The notes under the pieces are model-generated. The model ran no database searches. It saw only the letters and a program-made list of their open reading frames with translations, and was not told where the DNA came from. A DNA stretch of 64,000 bases from a virus. Made by a program: the position numbers and the translations under genes. The stretch lies in the IMG/VR virus record IMGVR_UViG_3300008954_000003, positions 95,630 to 159,629 of that record; one strand, given 5' to 3'. Shown in pieces: positions 10,217 to 20,028 of this stretch; positions within the stretch are counted from its first letter, which is position 1; every line of letters begins with the position of its first letter.

Positions 10217-10561
10217 ATGGCAGTTTCAAGATATAAAACCGTGGATTTCATAAACAATGTTGATGAGGGGTATAGTAAGATTTTCAAGAAGAGGGTTCAT
10301 AAGAATGGCCTCGTTCAAATGCCAACTAATGAATTAACATATCCGTCTTTTGAGGAGCTAAAGGAGCTTCGAACTGTTGATGTCTTTTGGGGACTTGGCC
10401 ATAGGTTTTACAAACTTGCCAATCAATACTATGGAGATCCTCAATATTGGTGGGTGATCGCTTATTTCAACAAGGCCCCAACAGAGCACCATGTTCAGGT
10501 TGGAGACAGAATACAGATTCCATTACCGCTTGAAGAAGTTTTGAACCTCTATGGTCTATAA
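10217..10561 (+). CDS. Baseplate wedge LysM-like protein (gp53-like)
   Basis: LANQYYGDPQYWWVIA..N, G..I.IP. Confidence 0.85.
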   Translation: MAVSRYKTVDFINNVDEGYSKIFKKRVHKNGLVQMPTNELTYPSFEELKELRTVDVFWGLGHRFYKLANQYYGDPQYWWVIAYFNKAPTEHHVQVGDRIQIPLPLEEVLNLYGL

Positions 10562-10572
10562 GGTTTTAACGC

Positions 10573-13275
10573 ATGAGTAATATTAAGATATTTTTTCCAC
10601 ATGAGAATTTAAACCCGCAGGGGTGGGTGACAGACTTTTTGACAAGTCAAATCAAAAGCACAGACACCCTTGCCCAGGTTCTATATCACCCAAACATTGA
10701 TCCCGTTGTTGCAAAAGAGTTCAACATAAGCCCTGACCTTCTAAAAGATATAAATCGCAAGAGGGTGATTAAAGATGAGCAAATGTTTTCATTGAACCCT
10801 TATCATCATGACGAGTTCGAATCGACAGTTTTGTCATCAAGAGATTCAAAATTTGAAAAGGTCAAGTACAAGGACTACGTTCAGTTTTTTTCAAACATTG
10901 ACGAATCACAACTTGCTGTTCTTTATCCAAGAATGCGATTCATTTATCGTTTCAAAAAGAAAGCAGAGGACAAAAACTGGACCGAAATCCCACTTCCATT
11001 TGAAATCAAAACAAATATAAAAGACATAACCGGAAACAGATTTTCGAGAGGTGATGGTGCGGGCATTGAAGGGATAACCGTCAAGAGAGATTTTTCAACG
11101 TATGCGTATTTGAAGGTCGTCAATGTAAGTGCAAGGTTTTATTTTCAAAGTATAAATATCCTGACAAGAGAACGCCCTCATTCAAAACTTCCAGCAGATA
11201 AGCCATTTAGTTTCATCAAACTAATCGGTTCATTACCTTCTAAGACGGAGCAGATCCTTTTAGAATATGGTTGGGGAGTTAATAAGGACGTTGACGCTTC
11301 AATAATCCCATCAGAGTTTCGAAGAGCAATTGAATTAAGAGAGAGAAAAAGATTCCCATTGAGATACGGAGGACACAACTTCAGTTTTGATCAGGATGGT
11401 TCGGTTAAATTGGGGGTTGAATACTTCTTGTCAGCAGAGGCCGATCTTTTTTCTGAAGGAGATACAGCTATCGTTGGGAACCCTGCTCTTATGGAGGCTA
11501 CAATAAAAAACAAGAGCACACGAGATGCAGCAAAGAGCTATCTCGGCGGCAAAAAGAGACTTGAAGAGATAAACAAAGAGTTGAATAAAGAAGGGCAGGC
11601 ATCTAAGAAGAAGGGAATCATTGAGGTCGGCAAAAAAGGTTCCGATGCCAAAAAGAACTCAAAGAAAAAAGATAAAAAAATGAAAGAGTTGGTTGACGAA
11701 CAGAGAGAGCTGTCAAAACAGGTTCAGGCTCTGAGAAAATTGTTGGCTCCAAAAGATTCTGAGATGTTTATCAATTATTTGATTGCAAAATATCAAATGT
11801 TCATGATCTCTTTTGAATCGAAAGAAGAAGAGAAGGATGATGATCCCGTGTTCACCGTTGATGGGAACCTTCACCTTGTTGTCCCTAAGAAAGGTACGAA
11901 AGATAGGGAGTTCCTTCGCTTGGCAAAGATTCACAACGAATATCGACTTGAAGATTTTGATTTTTCAAAAACCACAAACAAACTTGCAAATTTGACACCG
12001 GCAGAACGTGTGAAAGCTGTGAGTGGCGCAAGAGAAGCGGCATTGAAAATGTTTCGCACAACGTTTAATACTCCGGTTGGGTTTCAAAAGGGAAAAGAAT
12101 ACGGTCACACAATGTTCTTTCCATTGAGGGCTCTTGTTGGTGCCGTGCTTGATCTGTTGCCAGTAGAAGAGAGAAAGAAAGTTCCTTTTGTTGGCCTTGG
12201 GAACATGATTGGTCGTTCATTTAATAGAGAGTACTCTTTGAACATTGGGGACGTTCTTATTGAAGTGAAAACGTTCCAAAAATGGTATTATGAAAATGCA
12301 ATCAAAGCTCAAAGAGTTGAGTATTCCTTTATTGACTTCATGAACGACATCACAGACAAGCTCATCCCAGCCGCTGTGTATAACAATTCTACAATCCTTA
12401 GCAAGAGTAACATTGGCCCTGTTAAAAGGACGTTGCTGTATATCGATTCAAAGCCGAGTAGAGATCTTTTATTTGAGGTCTATAAGAGTTCTCATCGTGG
12501 AACATTTAAAAAGCTTTTGAATATTTGCCATGCACCAAACACTTTGGGAATAAGAGATGTCAAATCTTTGGTGTATTATCACCAAGTAACAAACGCGATG
12601 TCAAAAATAGTGAATCCATACCTTAGCGTGTCTGTTGGGTCGCTGAAGAACTTTAATGAATCAAGGGATGCAGCAAACGGAATTCCACATTTAAAGATCG
12701 GTGCAGCAAACGGAGTTTTGAAGTCTATGGACTTCTCTTCAGAAGATATGCCGGGTTTAAGAAAGGCTTTGTGGGATCAGACAAGATCAGATTCGGCTGC
12801 CACGGTTTTGAAATACACTTATACCGCAAACGCTAAAATGTTTGGAAGCAATTTGTTTTTTAAAGGCGGCTATTTCGCAGTCCCAGCAAACCCTCTTGGA
12901 ATTGTTGGGGCATACGATCCTGGTATTGTTGGATATTATGGTATTCACAACACAACAGATGTCATTGATGCCAACGGGAGTTATGAGACATCAATAGAGG
13001 GCATGTGGATTCACAACCCTGAAGATGTGAAGGAAAAGAAGAACAAAGCTGTTGCTGGGGATAACAAAACAACAGAAAAACTCAAAGATTTTGTGTGGTA
13101 CGATCCACTATCTTACATAAAGGATTCTTTTGAAAACGATCCAAACGTCCTTAAACGTCTTGGTCTAACAAAAGAGACAAAACCAGAAATCAAAAAGAAA
13201 TCACAACCTGCAAAAGAAAAGCAAAAAGCAGGCTCTGTTGCGGAGAAGGTGAAAGACTCTTCAGAGGGACTATAA
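10573..13275 (+). CDS. Large baseplate hub-like structural protein
   Basis: LEYGW motif; C-terminal 'MFG..LF..G...GYY.I....D.I....YET.IEG' resembles hub (gp27/VgrG-like) C-termini; synteny. Confidence 0.5.
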   Translation: MSNIKIFFPHENLNPQGWVTDFLTSQIKSTDTLAQVLYHPNIDPVVAKEFNISPDLLKDINRKRVIKDEQMFSLNPYHHDEFESTVLSSRDSKFEKVKYKDYVQFFSNIDESQLAVLYPRMRFIYRFKKKAEDKNWTEIPLPFEIKTNIKDITGNRFSRGDGAGIEGITVKRDFSTYAYLKVVNVSARFYFQSINILTRERPHSKLPADKPFSFIKLIGSLPSKTEQILLEYGWGVNKDVDASIIPSEFRRAIELRERKRFPLRYGGHNFSFDQDGSVKLGVEYFLSAEADLFSEGDTAIVGNPALMEATIKNKSTRDAAKSYLGGKKRLEEINKELNKEGQASKKKGIIEVGKKGSDAKKNSKKKDKKMKELVDEQRELSKQVQALRKLLAPKDSEMFINYLIAKYQMFMISFESKEEEKDDDPVFTVDGNLHLVVPKKGTKDREFLRLAKIHNEYRLEDFDFSKTTNKLANLTPAERVKAVSGAREAALKMFRTTFNTPVGFQKGKEYGHTMFFPLRALVGAVLDLLPVEERKKVPFVGLGNMIGRSFNREYSLNIGDVLIEVKTFQKWYYENAIKAQRVEYSFIDFMNDITDKLIPAAVYNNSTILSKSNIGPVKRTLLYIDSKPSRDLLFEVYKSSHRGTFKKLLNICHAPNTLGIRDVKSLVYYHQVTNAMSKIVNPYLSVSVGSLKNFNESRDAANGIPHLKIGAANGVLKSMDFSSEDMPGLRKALWDQTRSDSAATVLKYTYTANAKMFGSNLFFKGGYFAVPANPLGIVGAYDPGIVGYYGIHNTTDVIDANGSYETSIEGMWIHNPEDVKEKKNKAVAGDNKTTEKLKDFVWYDPLSYIKDSFENDPNVLKRLGLTKETKPEIKKKSQPAKEKQKAGSVAEKVKDSSEGL

Positions 13276-13278
13276 TCC

Positions 13279-14571
13279 ATGGCTCTTATATCAACAGCGA
13301 AAAATGGTGTCGGGCCAAAAGAATTCTTCAATGAAAGAGAAGAATTTAACGAAGCTTTTCCAACGAAAAGAACACAAATCGATCTTTGGAAAGAGATTCC
13401 GTATTATGGCAAAGTTGACACGGAAGGTGATGTCATTCTTGTTCGGGAAAGTAGGTTGAAATATTTATCTCGCATTGGAGATCCTGAGATGCTTGCTTGT
13501 TTGGATTTTGTGACCGATGCTTTTGACGATTTAAGAACAAAATACGAATCAGAGTTTCGATCCGGCGTGATTAACCCCAATTCAAAGTTTTTCACAAACG
13601 ACCTTGTTCCAAAAAGAGCGTGGGAAAGCTCAAACTCTTTTTATGGTGGACACATTGACGAGTTTTACTTTGGACTCCTCGGAGACAGGCTGATCCCCGT
13701 TCAGCACTCAAATCAGATAAAGAACTTTGATGATTTTCTCAAGGTCCTCTTGTCTTATATAAGAGACACAGAAATTCCTATGTCGAGAGTAAGCTTTCAT
13801 GAAGGACCAGACGCATCATCATTGTCAACGGGGATGGTTATTGATCTCTTTGATCTTGATGAAGGGGATGATTCTATACGACAAGAATTCATGGGAGATC
13901 CAAACTTTGAGTTCTTTTGTAAGCGTTGTGTCGAGTTCGGCTTTAAACTTGATAAAGGAATGCCCTGGAGGCTTGTGTTCGACATAAGGTCGGAGAAGGC
14001 CCTTCCTTATATTTCGCGATACATAAAGATACCAGACAATCCTGTTGAAATGTATCAATCGATATTTGGCTTGTACTACTACCCTTTGTTTGGGGCTTTT
14101 GATGGTGGAAAAGAGGACTATTTTGCAGAGTTTCGTTCGATTGTTGAGACAATGTATAATGCGTTCAAGAACATTGCACCGTTTTATTACGAATTCATTG
14201 GCTCTGATGGTGTTTGTGGCAACATCATCAAAAAAGTGAACGAGCGTCCACCAATCGAGATTGAAGATCCAGCAGTGTTCTTTTTAAACTTTTTTTACAA
14301 GGTAAGACAGGTGGAAATCAATGCGAAATTAACTCTTCAAAGACAAAAGTTTCATGAAACATCATTTCTTCATATCTTGAAGACGTATCGATCTGTCAAA
14401 AAAGAGAAAGAGGGGCTCAATAAAGCTCTGAAATACATTAACTATAATTTGGGGACCTTAGCTGCCCGATATGATTCGCTGAACAACATTAACTTGCGTC
14501 GGAAGCAGGGATCTGGTACTATAATCAAGCCGGAATTGACGGCCAATAAGAAAAGCTTTCTAGGGTTCTAA
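13279..14571 (+). CDS. Hypothetical protein (probably virion-associated)
   Basis: Long ORF closing the tail module; YYGKVD and GF.LDK..PWRLV motifs; no function recognised. Confidence 0.5.
   Translation: MALISTAKNGVGPKEFFNEREEFNEAFPTKRTQIDLWKEIPYYGKVDTEGDVILVRESRLKYLSRIGDPEMLACLDFVTDAFDDLRTKYESEFRSGVINPNSKFFTNDLVPKRAWESSNSFYGGHIDEFYFGLLGDRLIPVQHSNQIKNFDDFLKVLLSYIRDTEIPMSRVSFHEGPDASSLSTGMVIDLFDLDEGDDSIRQEFMGDPNFEFFCKRCVEFGFKLDKGMPWRLVFDIRSEKALPYISRYIKIPDNPVEMYQSIFGLYYYPLFGAFDGGKEDYFAEFRSIVETMYNAFKNIAPFYYEFIGSDGVCGNIIKKVNERPPIEIEDPAVFFLNFFYKVRQVEINAKLTLQRQKFHETSFLHILKTYRSVKKEKEGLNKALKYINYNLGTLAARYDSLNNINLRRKQGSGTIIKPELTANKKSFLGF
14494..14522 (+). promoter_or_regulatory. sigma70-like promoter (TTGCGT-N17-TACTAT, extended TG)
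   Basis: Spacing and position ~50 nt before the polA-like gene. Confidence 0.45.
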
Positions 14572-15755
14572 TGATTTTCAGTACAATGGATTCAAAAAAC
14601 GAATGTGTTGGTATATTCGCTGATGGCGAAATATACATGGATGACATCCCTGATGGGCTGTCTGCGACGTGGGAGTTCACCAAAAATTCAGACTTCCCTG
14701 GGGTTGAGTACGTTAAGCTTTATTGTTTGGGCAAAACCCTTAGTGATGTTTGCCCTGAGAGACTTGAAGAGGATTGGGAAGACTCCTGTAACAGAATGAA
14801 AGCTTTCATTAAGTCATTTAGGATTTCAAAAATTTCACTGAATGAGCATTGTTTTTACGATCTTGTCCCAGAGAGGTTTTTAAAGGAGTACTTCACTCTT
14901 AAAAATGAAATTGTTGGACATGTACTTGAAACCCATGAAAGACCAAAAGATTACGATCTTTTGTTAAGCTTGAGCAAACTCATTACAAGGATTTCAGAAC
15001 AGGAAATCTCTTTGAATAGAGATTCTTTGAAAGGGGAGCTTGCCGATAAACAAGTCCTTAAGTTTTACAAAGGGTCAAGGGATTTGAGCAAGTACATAAA
15101 GTATGTGATTGAAGGGACAAAAACAGGTAGGCTGGTAACTGAACGTGGAAGTTTTCCAATTTTAAACCTCGACAAAAAGGTTCGAAAGGCTATAATCCCA
15201 AAGAATGACAGGTTTGTTGAGCTAGATTTCAACGCCAACGAACTGAGAGTCTTTTGTTCTCTTGCGGGGCAGGAGCAACCACACTCTGACATTCATGAAT
15301 GGAACCGAAAGAATTTATTCAAGAATGGCCTGACAAGAGATCAGGCAAAGAAGAATATATTCACATGGTTCTATGACGTTGGACGAAATGACGAGCTGCT
15401 TGAGAAGTTTTATGATAGGCCCAAGGTCATCCAAAAGTTTTTCGATGGCCAGAGCGTCACCACAGTCTTTGGAAGGACCATTGAGTCGGATGATCGGTGT
15501 GCCTTCAACAACATCGTGCAGAGTACAGCGAGTGACAACTTTATGCGTCAGGTTATAAAGGTCGATGAGATGCTTGCAAAGAAGAAGTCTTTTGTTGCAT
15601 TCATGGTCCACGATTCAATCGTTCTTGACTTCTCTGTTGAAGATACGGGGACCTTAAAAGAACTCATCAAAACTTTCGAGGAAACAGAGCTTGGGAAATT
15701 CAAAGCAAATGTGAGTGTCGGCAAAAATTATGGGAGTATGAAAAGATATGATTAA
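14571..15755 (+). CDS. Miniature family A DNA polymerase-like protein
   Basis: TKTGRL, motif A LDFNANELR, motif B R..AK...F...Y, N..VQSTASD, motif C VHDS; only 394 aa, no exonuclease motifs. Confidence 0.85.
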   Translation: MIFSTMDSKNECVGIFADGEIYMDDIPDGLSATWEFTKNSDFPGVEYVKLYCLGKTLSDVCPERLEEDWEDSCNRMKAFIKSFRISKISLNEHCFYDLVPERFLKEYFTLKNEIVGHVLETHERPKDYDLLLSLSKLITRISEQEISLNRDSLKGELADKQVLKFYKGSRDLSKYIKYVIEGTKTGRLVTERGSFPILNLDKKVRKAIIPKNDRFVELDFNANELRVFCSLAGQEQPHSDIHEWNRKNLFKNGLTRDQAKKNIFTWFYDVGRNDELLEKFYDRPKVIQKFFDGQSVTTVFGRTIESDDRCAFNNIVQSTASDNFMRQVIKVDEMLAKKKSFVAFMVHDSIVLDFSVEDTGTLKELIKTFEETELGKFKANVSVGKNYGSMKRYD

Positions 15756-16578
15756 TGTTATTGGTTTGGGACATGCCGGGTGCGCTATTGCAACAAAATT
15801 CCTCTTTGACACCGCCAACTATAAAGTTCTTTTAATCGATGCGGAAGGATCCCTTGATGGCCCCGGAACTGTGCTTCTTGGCAAGCAAGAGTCGTTCAGG
15901 GCTTATGAGGAAAACACACCTTTTGTATCTGAATTCACAGAGCTGGAGGGGAAGGTATATTTTATCCTTGCTGGTGGTGGTGACGTGACGGGGAGCACGC
16001 TTGTTTTGTTGGAGCAATTGAAAAAGAAGGACATAACTGTTTTCTATATCAGACCAGACCTCGATCTTTGTTCTGAGGACCAAAGACTGAAAGCCAGGGC
16101 AACGTTCAAAATCCTTCAAGAGTTTTCACGTTCAGGTTTGTTGAGCAACATGGTTCTCTTTGATAACAAGAAGATAGAGAAAACTCTTGAAGACCTGTCC
16201 ATAATGGACTACAATAGAAGAATAAATGACGTGATAAGTTCAGCAATTTTGATGAGAGATTATGTCGTAAATACAGATTCGGTTGCCGGTGAGTTTGTTG
16301 AACCAAAAGAAATATCCAGGATTGCAACCATTGGAATGTGTAATATTGAGAGCGAAGAAGAAAACTATTTCTTTCCTTTTGAGAACATTCGTGAAAAGCA
16401 GTATGGATTTGCTGTCCCCTCTGAGGAACTTGAGGGTCGAAAGTTTATTTTCGGAGATGTTCGAAGGGTATTGGCCAAGAACGATGATGACCTATGTGTT
16501 TCGTATAAAATTGTGCCAACAGATTATCGCGAAAGATACGTTTATATTTACGCTTTTACCAACTTTATTCAAGATTAG
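15748..16578 (+). CDS. Divergent tubulin/FtsZ-family protein
   Basis: VIGLGHAGCAIA (T1), AGGGDVTGS (degenerate GGGTGSG), VLFDN. Confidence 0.7.
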   Translation: MINVIGLGHAGCAIATKFLFDTANYKVLLIDAEGSLDGPGTVLLGKQESFRAYEENTPFVSEFTELEGKVYFILAGGGDVTGSTLVLLEQLKKKDITVFYIRPDLDLCSEDQRLKARATFKILQEFSRSGLLSNMVLFDNKKIEKTLEDLSIMDYNRRINDVISSAILMRDYVVNTDSVAGEFVEPKEISRIATIGMCNIESEEENYFFPFENIREKQYGFAVPSEELEGRKFIFGDVRRVLAKNDDDLCVSYKIVPTDYRERYVYIYAFTNFIQD

Positions 16579-16581
16579 CCC

Positions 16582-16610
16582 TTGACACTTACCCAAAAGT
16601 TTGGTATAGT
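16582..16610 (+). promoter_or_regulatory. sigma70 promoter TTGACA-N17-TATAGT
   Basis: Near-consensus, intergenic, upstream of SSB. Confidence 0.85.
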
Positions 16611-16656
16611 GTGGGCATTCAAACACGCCCTTACGGGCGACAAGGAGCAAAAATTT

Positions 16657-17403
16657 ATGTTAAACATGGAAAAACTTAAACAACGATACAACGATTTACA
16701 AAACAAGAATAGCGGCGGAAGCAAGTACCTGAAACTTCCTGAAAATGGAACAGCGGTCATTCGTTTGGTTCCGACACCGGATGGAGATCCCTTCCGAAGT
16801 TATTACGTTCACTACAGAGTTCTTGACAAGGGGTCTGTGCTTTGTCCCAAGAGAAATTTTGGTGACAAGTGTGCCATTTGTGACTTCACCTCAAAACTTT
16901 ACAATGAAGGAAGTGATGAGAGTAAGAAGGAAGCGTCGAAGATCGTTGCAAAGCAGCGGTTCTTCTCTATTGCTGTCAAGCGTGGTGAAGAGGAAGACGG
17001 TGTAAAATATTGGGGTTATAGTCCGACAGTCTATGCAGAACTGATGGGTTATTTCATGGACCCCGACTATGGTGATTTGTCACACCCTGATACAGGAACA
17101 GATCTCACCATCAAGCGTTATAAGGACGGTGGTTCTTACTTGAAAACAAAGGCCACTCCGAAGCGCAAGTCAACACCAGTTTCTGTTGATGATAAGATCA
17201 GAGGCAAGATTCTTGATTTTGAACCTGATTTTGAGTCACTGAATGTTCGACGCACATCTGATGAGGTCGCGACAATTCTTGATGAGTACCTGCTTGGAAG
17301 CAATTCTGAGTCTGAAGGAGGTGATGAGCCAGAAACTCAGAACATTCCGATGGATCAGCCACAATCAGTGGAAGATACTTTTAAGGACTTGCTTGGTGCT
17401 TAA
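16657..17403 (+). CDS. Single-stranded DNA-binding protein (gp32-like)
   Basis: IRLVP, H..., CP...G..CAIC zinc site, YGD.SHP..G.DL, acidic tail; AAGGAG RBS. Confidence 0.85.
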   Translation: MLNMEKLKQRYNDLQNKNSGGSKYLKLPENGTAVIRLVPTPDGDPFRSYYVHYRVLDKGSVLCPKRNFGDKCAICDFTSKLYNEGSDESKKEASKIVAKQRFFSIAVKRGEEEDGVKYWGYSPTVYAELMGYFMDPDYGDLSHPDTGTDLTIKRYKDGGSYLKTKATPKRKSTPVSVDDKIRGKILDFEPDFESLNVRRTSDEVATILDEYLLGSNSESEGGDEPETQNIPMDQPQSVEDTFKDLLGA

Positions 17404-17423
17404 GTAAATCAGAGGGTTGCGAA

Positions 17424-17455
17424 ATGGAGGGGGAGGCTTTTGCCTCCCCCTCCAT
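17424..17455 (+). terminator. 14-bp stem hairpin between SSB and recA (terminator/processing site)
   Basis: ATGGAGGGGGAGGC-TTTT-GCCTCCCCCTCCAT; lacks a U-tract. Confidence 0.6.
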
Positions 17456-17470
17456 CATAAAGGAGAAGTC

Positions 17471-18631
17471 ATGGCAAAGAAAAAGAAAGTGAAAGCAGAA
17501 GGTCGTTTGTCAATTGCTGAGATGAGAAAGCTTGTGAACAAGAAGGCTGGCATCGACGTTGCTTATGATCTCACAAAAAAGAATCCGACAGATGTTTATG
17601 ATTGGATATCCACAGGCTCACGTTGGCTTGATTCGATTATCTGTCGTGGAAAATTGGCCGGCATTCCCATGGGGAAAGTTGTTGAACTCGCAGGGCTTGA
17701 AGCGACAGGCAAGAGTTATATGGCCGCACAAATCGCAAAGAACGCACAAGAGAGAGGGGTAGATGTTGTATATTTTGACGCAGAGTCTGCAATTGATACG
17801 GAGTTTCTTAAAAACACTGGTTGCGATATCGAAAATTTGCTATACGTTCAAGCAGCGTCTGTTGAATTTGTTCTTGAAACTATTGAAGATTTATTGGCAA
17901 ACAGTGGAAGTCCTATGCTCTTTGTATGGGATTCCATTGCGATGACACCAGCGGTGTCTGACGTTGAAGGAGACTTCAACCCCAATTCATCTGTTGGTGT
18001 CAAGGCGCGTGTGTTTGCAAAGGGAATGACAAAGATTATCCAACTGCTTGCAAACACAAGGTCAACGCTGCTCTGCCTGAATCAACTGAAGACCTTCATT
18101 CCGAAGGATAACGCACAAAGAATTCAAGCAATGATTGAACCGTATACGACACCGGGCGGCAAAGCTTTGAACTATTCATATTCACTAAGAATTTGGTTGA
18201 CGAATAGAAAATCAAAAGCAAGCTATCTAACGAACGAAGCAGGCTTCAGAATTGGTTCCGAGGTTAAGGCAAAGATTAAGAAGTCGCGCTTTGGAACAGA
18301 CGGAAGAACATGCGCCTTCAAGATTCTCTGGGGAACAGACGACGTTGCAGTCCGTGATGAAGAGTCTTGGTTCGAAGCAATCAAGAACTCAGAGAGGTTG
18401 AAGCTTGCTGGTTCGTGGTATACTCTCATGTTCAGAGATGGAAAAGAAAAGAGGTTCCAGTCAAAGCAATGGCTTACACTATTGAAAGATAAAGATTTCA
18501 AGAAAGAAGTAATGAACGTGATGGACGAAGAAGTAATTCAAAAGTTTGACGATAAAACAGGCAATGCTGAGTTGTTTTACGATGTCGACAAGGAGGAGAG
18601 TGGTGCCGAGTCTGTACGCGATGATGAATAA
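17471..18631 (+). CDS. recA: RecA/UvsX recombinase
   Basis: ISTGS..LD, GLEATGKS Walker A, FDAE, WDSIA, NQ, TTPGGKAL, K.KKSR. Confidence 0.95.
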   Translation: MAKKKKVKAEGRLSIAEMRKLVNKKAGIDVAYDLTKKNPTDVYDWISTGSRWLDSIICRGKLAGIPMGKVVELAGLEATGKSYMAAQIAKNAQERGVDVVYFDAESAIDTEFLKNTGCDIENLLYVQAASVEFVLETIEDLLANSGSPMLFVWDSIAMTPAVSDVEGDFNPNSSVGVKARVFAKGMTKIIQLLANTRSTLLCLNQLKTFIPKDNAQRIQAMIEPYTTPGGKALNYSYSLRIWLTNRKSKASYLTNEAGFRIGSEVKAKIKKSRFGTDGRTCAFKILWGTDDVAVRDEESWFEAIKNSERLKLAGSWYTLMFRDGKEKRFQSKQWLTLLKDKDFKKEVMNVMDEEVIQKFDDKTGNAELFYDVDKEESGAESVRDDE

Positions 18632-18779
18632 AACGGTGCTTGATCAGGATCAGACGATTGAAAAATTGCAGGCAGAGATTAAACGTCTCCGAGAAGGCAT
18701 CAAGGCCGCATTGGAGGCTGATGATAGCGCCTGGGCAGATGATATATTGAGAGAGGCACTAAAGGAAAACAATGAATAA
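18621..18779 (+). CDS. Small coiled-coil hypothetical protein
   Basis: Coupled ORF with 'AEIKRLR' motif. Confidence 0.5.
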   Translation: MMNKTVLDQDQTIEKLQAEIKRLREGIKAALEADDSAWADDILREALKENNE

Positions 18780-19866
18780 GATAACACTTTATAAAACTGA
18801 TTCAAAAGGAAAGACAAGGGTCTGGTCAATTTGGACAGAAGAAGACTCAATTTATACAGAGCATGGTTTGCTCGATGGCAAGACACAGATCTCTGAGAAG
18901 AAAGCTGTTGGCAAAAACATTGGAAAGGCCAACGAGACACTGCCTGAAGAACAGGCAGAACTTGAAGCAAAGTCTATTGCAAAAAAGAAGCAAGATAAAG
19001 GCTACGCTTCGTCTGTTGCAAAGAAAGGAACAGTGAGACTGAGCCCTATGCTTGCCCATAAGTGGGATCCCAAAAAGAAAAAACTCACCTACCCTGTTGA
19101 TACTCAACCAAAACTTGATGGCGTTCGTTGCCTTGCATATTGGAAAGACGGCAAGATTGCTCTTATGAGTCGTGGTGGTAAACCATATAATGTTCCTCAT
19201 ATCGCAAGCGAACTTGATCAAAAAGGTCTTCCAAAAAATATCGTATTGGATGGGGAGCTTTATATTCATGGAATGCCGTTTCAGCTTTTCATGAGGCTCG
19301 TAAAAAAGAACAGGCCGGAAAGCATTGAATTGAAATTCTATGTTTATGATGTTGTTGACCTCAAGAAATTGGATGATACATGGTCAGCTCGTAAAGACAC
19401 AATCGATGATGTCTTTGAGGAAACCTTGAATGATTGCGAATATATCTTTCCTATAAAAACAGGAACAGTGATTTCTGAAGAAGAGGTCTTTGATATGCAG
19501 GCTTATTATATCAAGAAGGGTTATGAAGGGCTCATCATCAGACTTGATGATGGCAAATATAAGCTTGGACATAGAAGCAGAGACTTGTTGAAATTCAAAA
19601 ACTTTGATGATGAAGAATTCACAATTGTTGGTAGCACCAATGGCAAAGGCAAGATGATAGACGCTGTGATTTGGACATGCGAGACAATAGATGGCCAACA
19701 ATTTCAGGTTGTTCCCGAGGGAACAATGGAACAACGAAAAGATTGGCTCAAATCAGCAGAAAGTTTTTATGGTAAACAACTCACAGTGCGATTCTTTGGG
19801 AAGAGTGAGGACAACATTCCACGTTTCCCAATTGGCAAAGCAATCCGAATTAAGGAGGACAAGTAA
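18772..19866 (+). CDS. ATP-dependent DNA ligase
   Basis: PMLA, KLDGVRC, LDGELY, YEGLIIR, LLKFK, PRFP. Confidence 0.95.
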   Translation: MNKITLYKTDSKGKTRVWSIWTEEDSIYTEHGLLDGKTQISEKKAVGKNIGKANETLPEEQAELEAKSIAKKKQDKGYASSVAKKGTVRLSPMLAHKWDPKKKKLTYPVDTQPKLDGVRCLAYWKDGKIALMSRGGKPYNVPHIASELDQKGLPKNIVLDGELYIHGMPFQLFMRLVKKNRPESIELKFYVYDVVDLKKLDDTWSARKDTIDDVFEETLNDCEYIFPIKTGTVISEEEVFDMQAYYIKKGYEGLIIRLDDGKYKLGHRSRDLLKFKNFDDEEFTIVGSTNGKGKMIDAVIWTCETIDGQQFQVVPEGTMEQRKDWLKSAESFYGKQLTVRFFGKSEDNIPRFPIGKAIRIKEDK

Positions 19867-20006
19867 TGGCCAGCAAGAAAAACTCTTCAAAGAGGAGTGA
19901 AACGAAAAGTAAAAAGACAAGACAGGGCAATGGAAAATTTTCCAAATACGCCCACAATAAGAAGAGCAAGCTATATAAAAAGAGGTATAAGGGACAAGGC
20001 AAATAA
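19866..20006 (+). CDS. 46-aa basic peptide (KKTRQG...YKGQGK family), not in ORF track
   Basis: MASKKNSSKRSETKSKKTRQGNGKFSKYAHNKKSKLYKKRYKGQGK; TAATG overlap with ligase and GGAGG RBS. Confidence 0.75.
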   Translation: MASKKNSSKRSETKSKKTRQGNGKFSKYAHNKKSKLYKKRYKGQGK

Positions 20007-20028
20007 ATGTATACCCCAAGGAGAAGCC

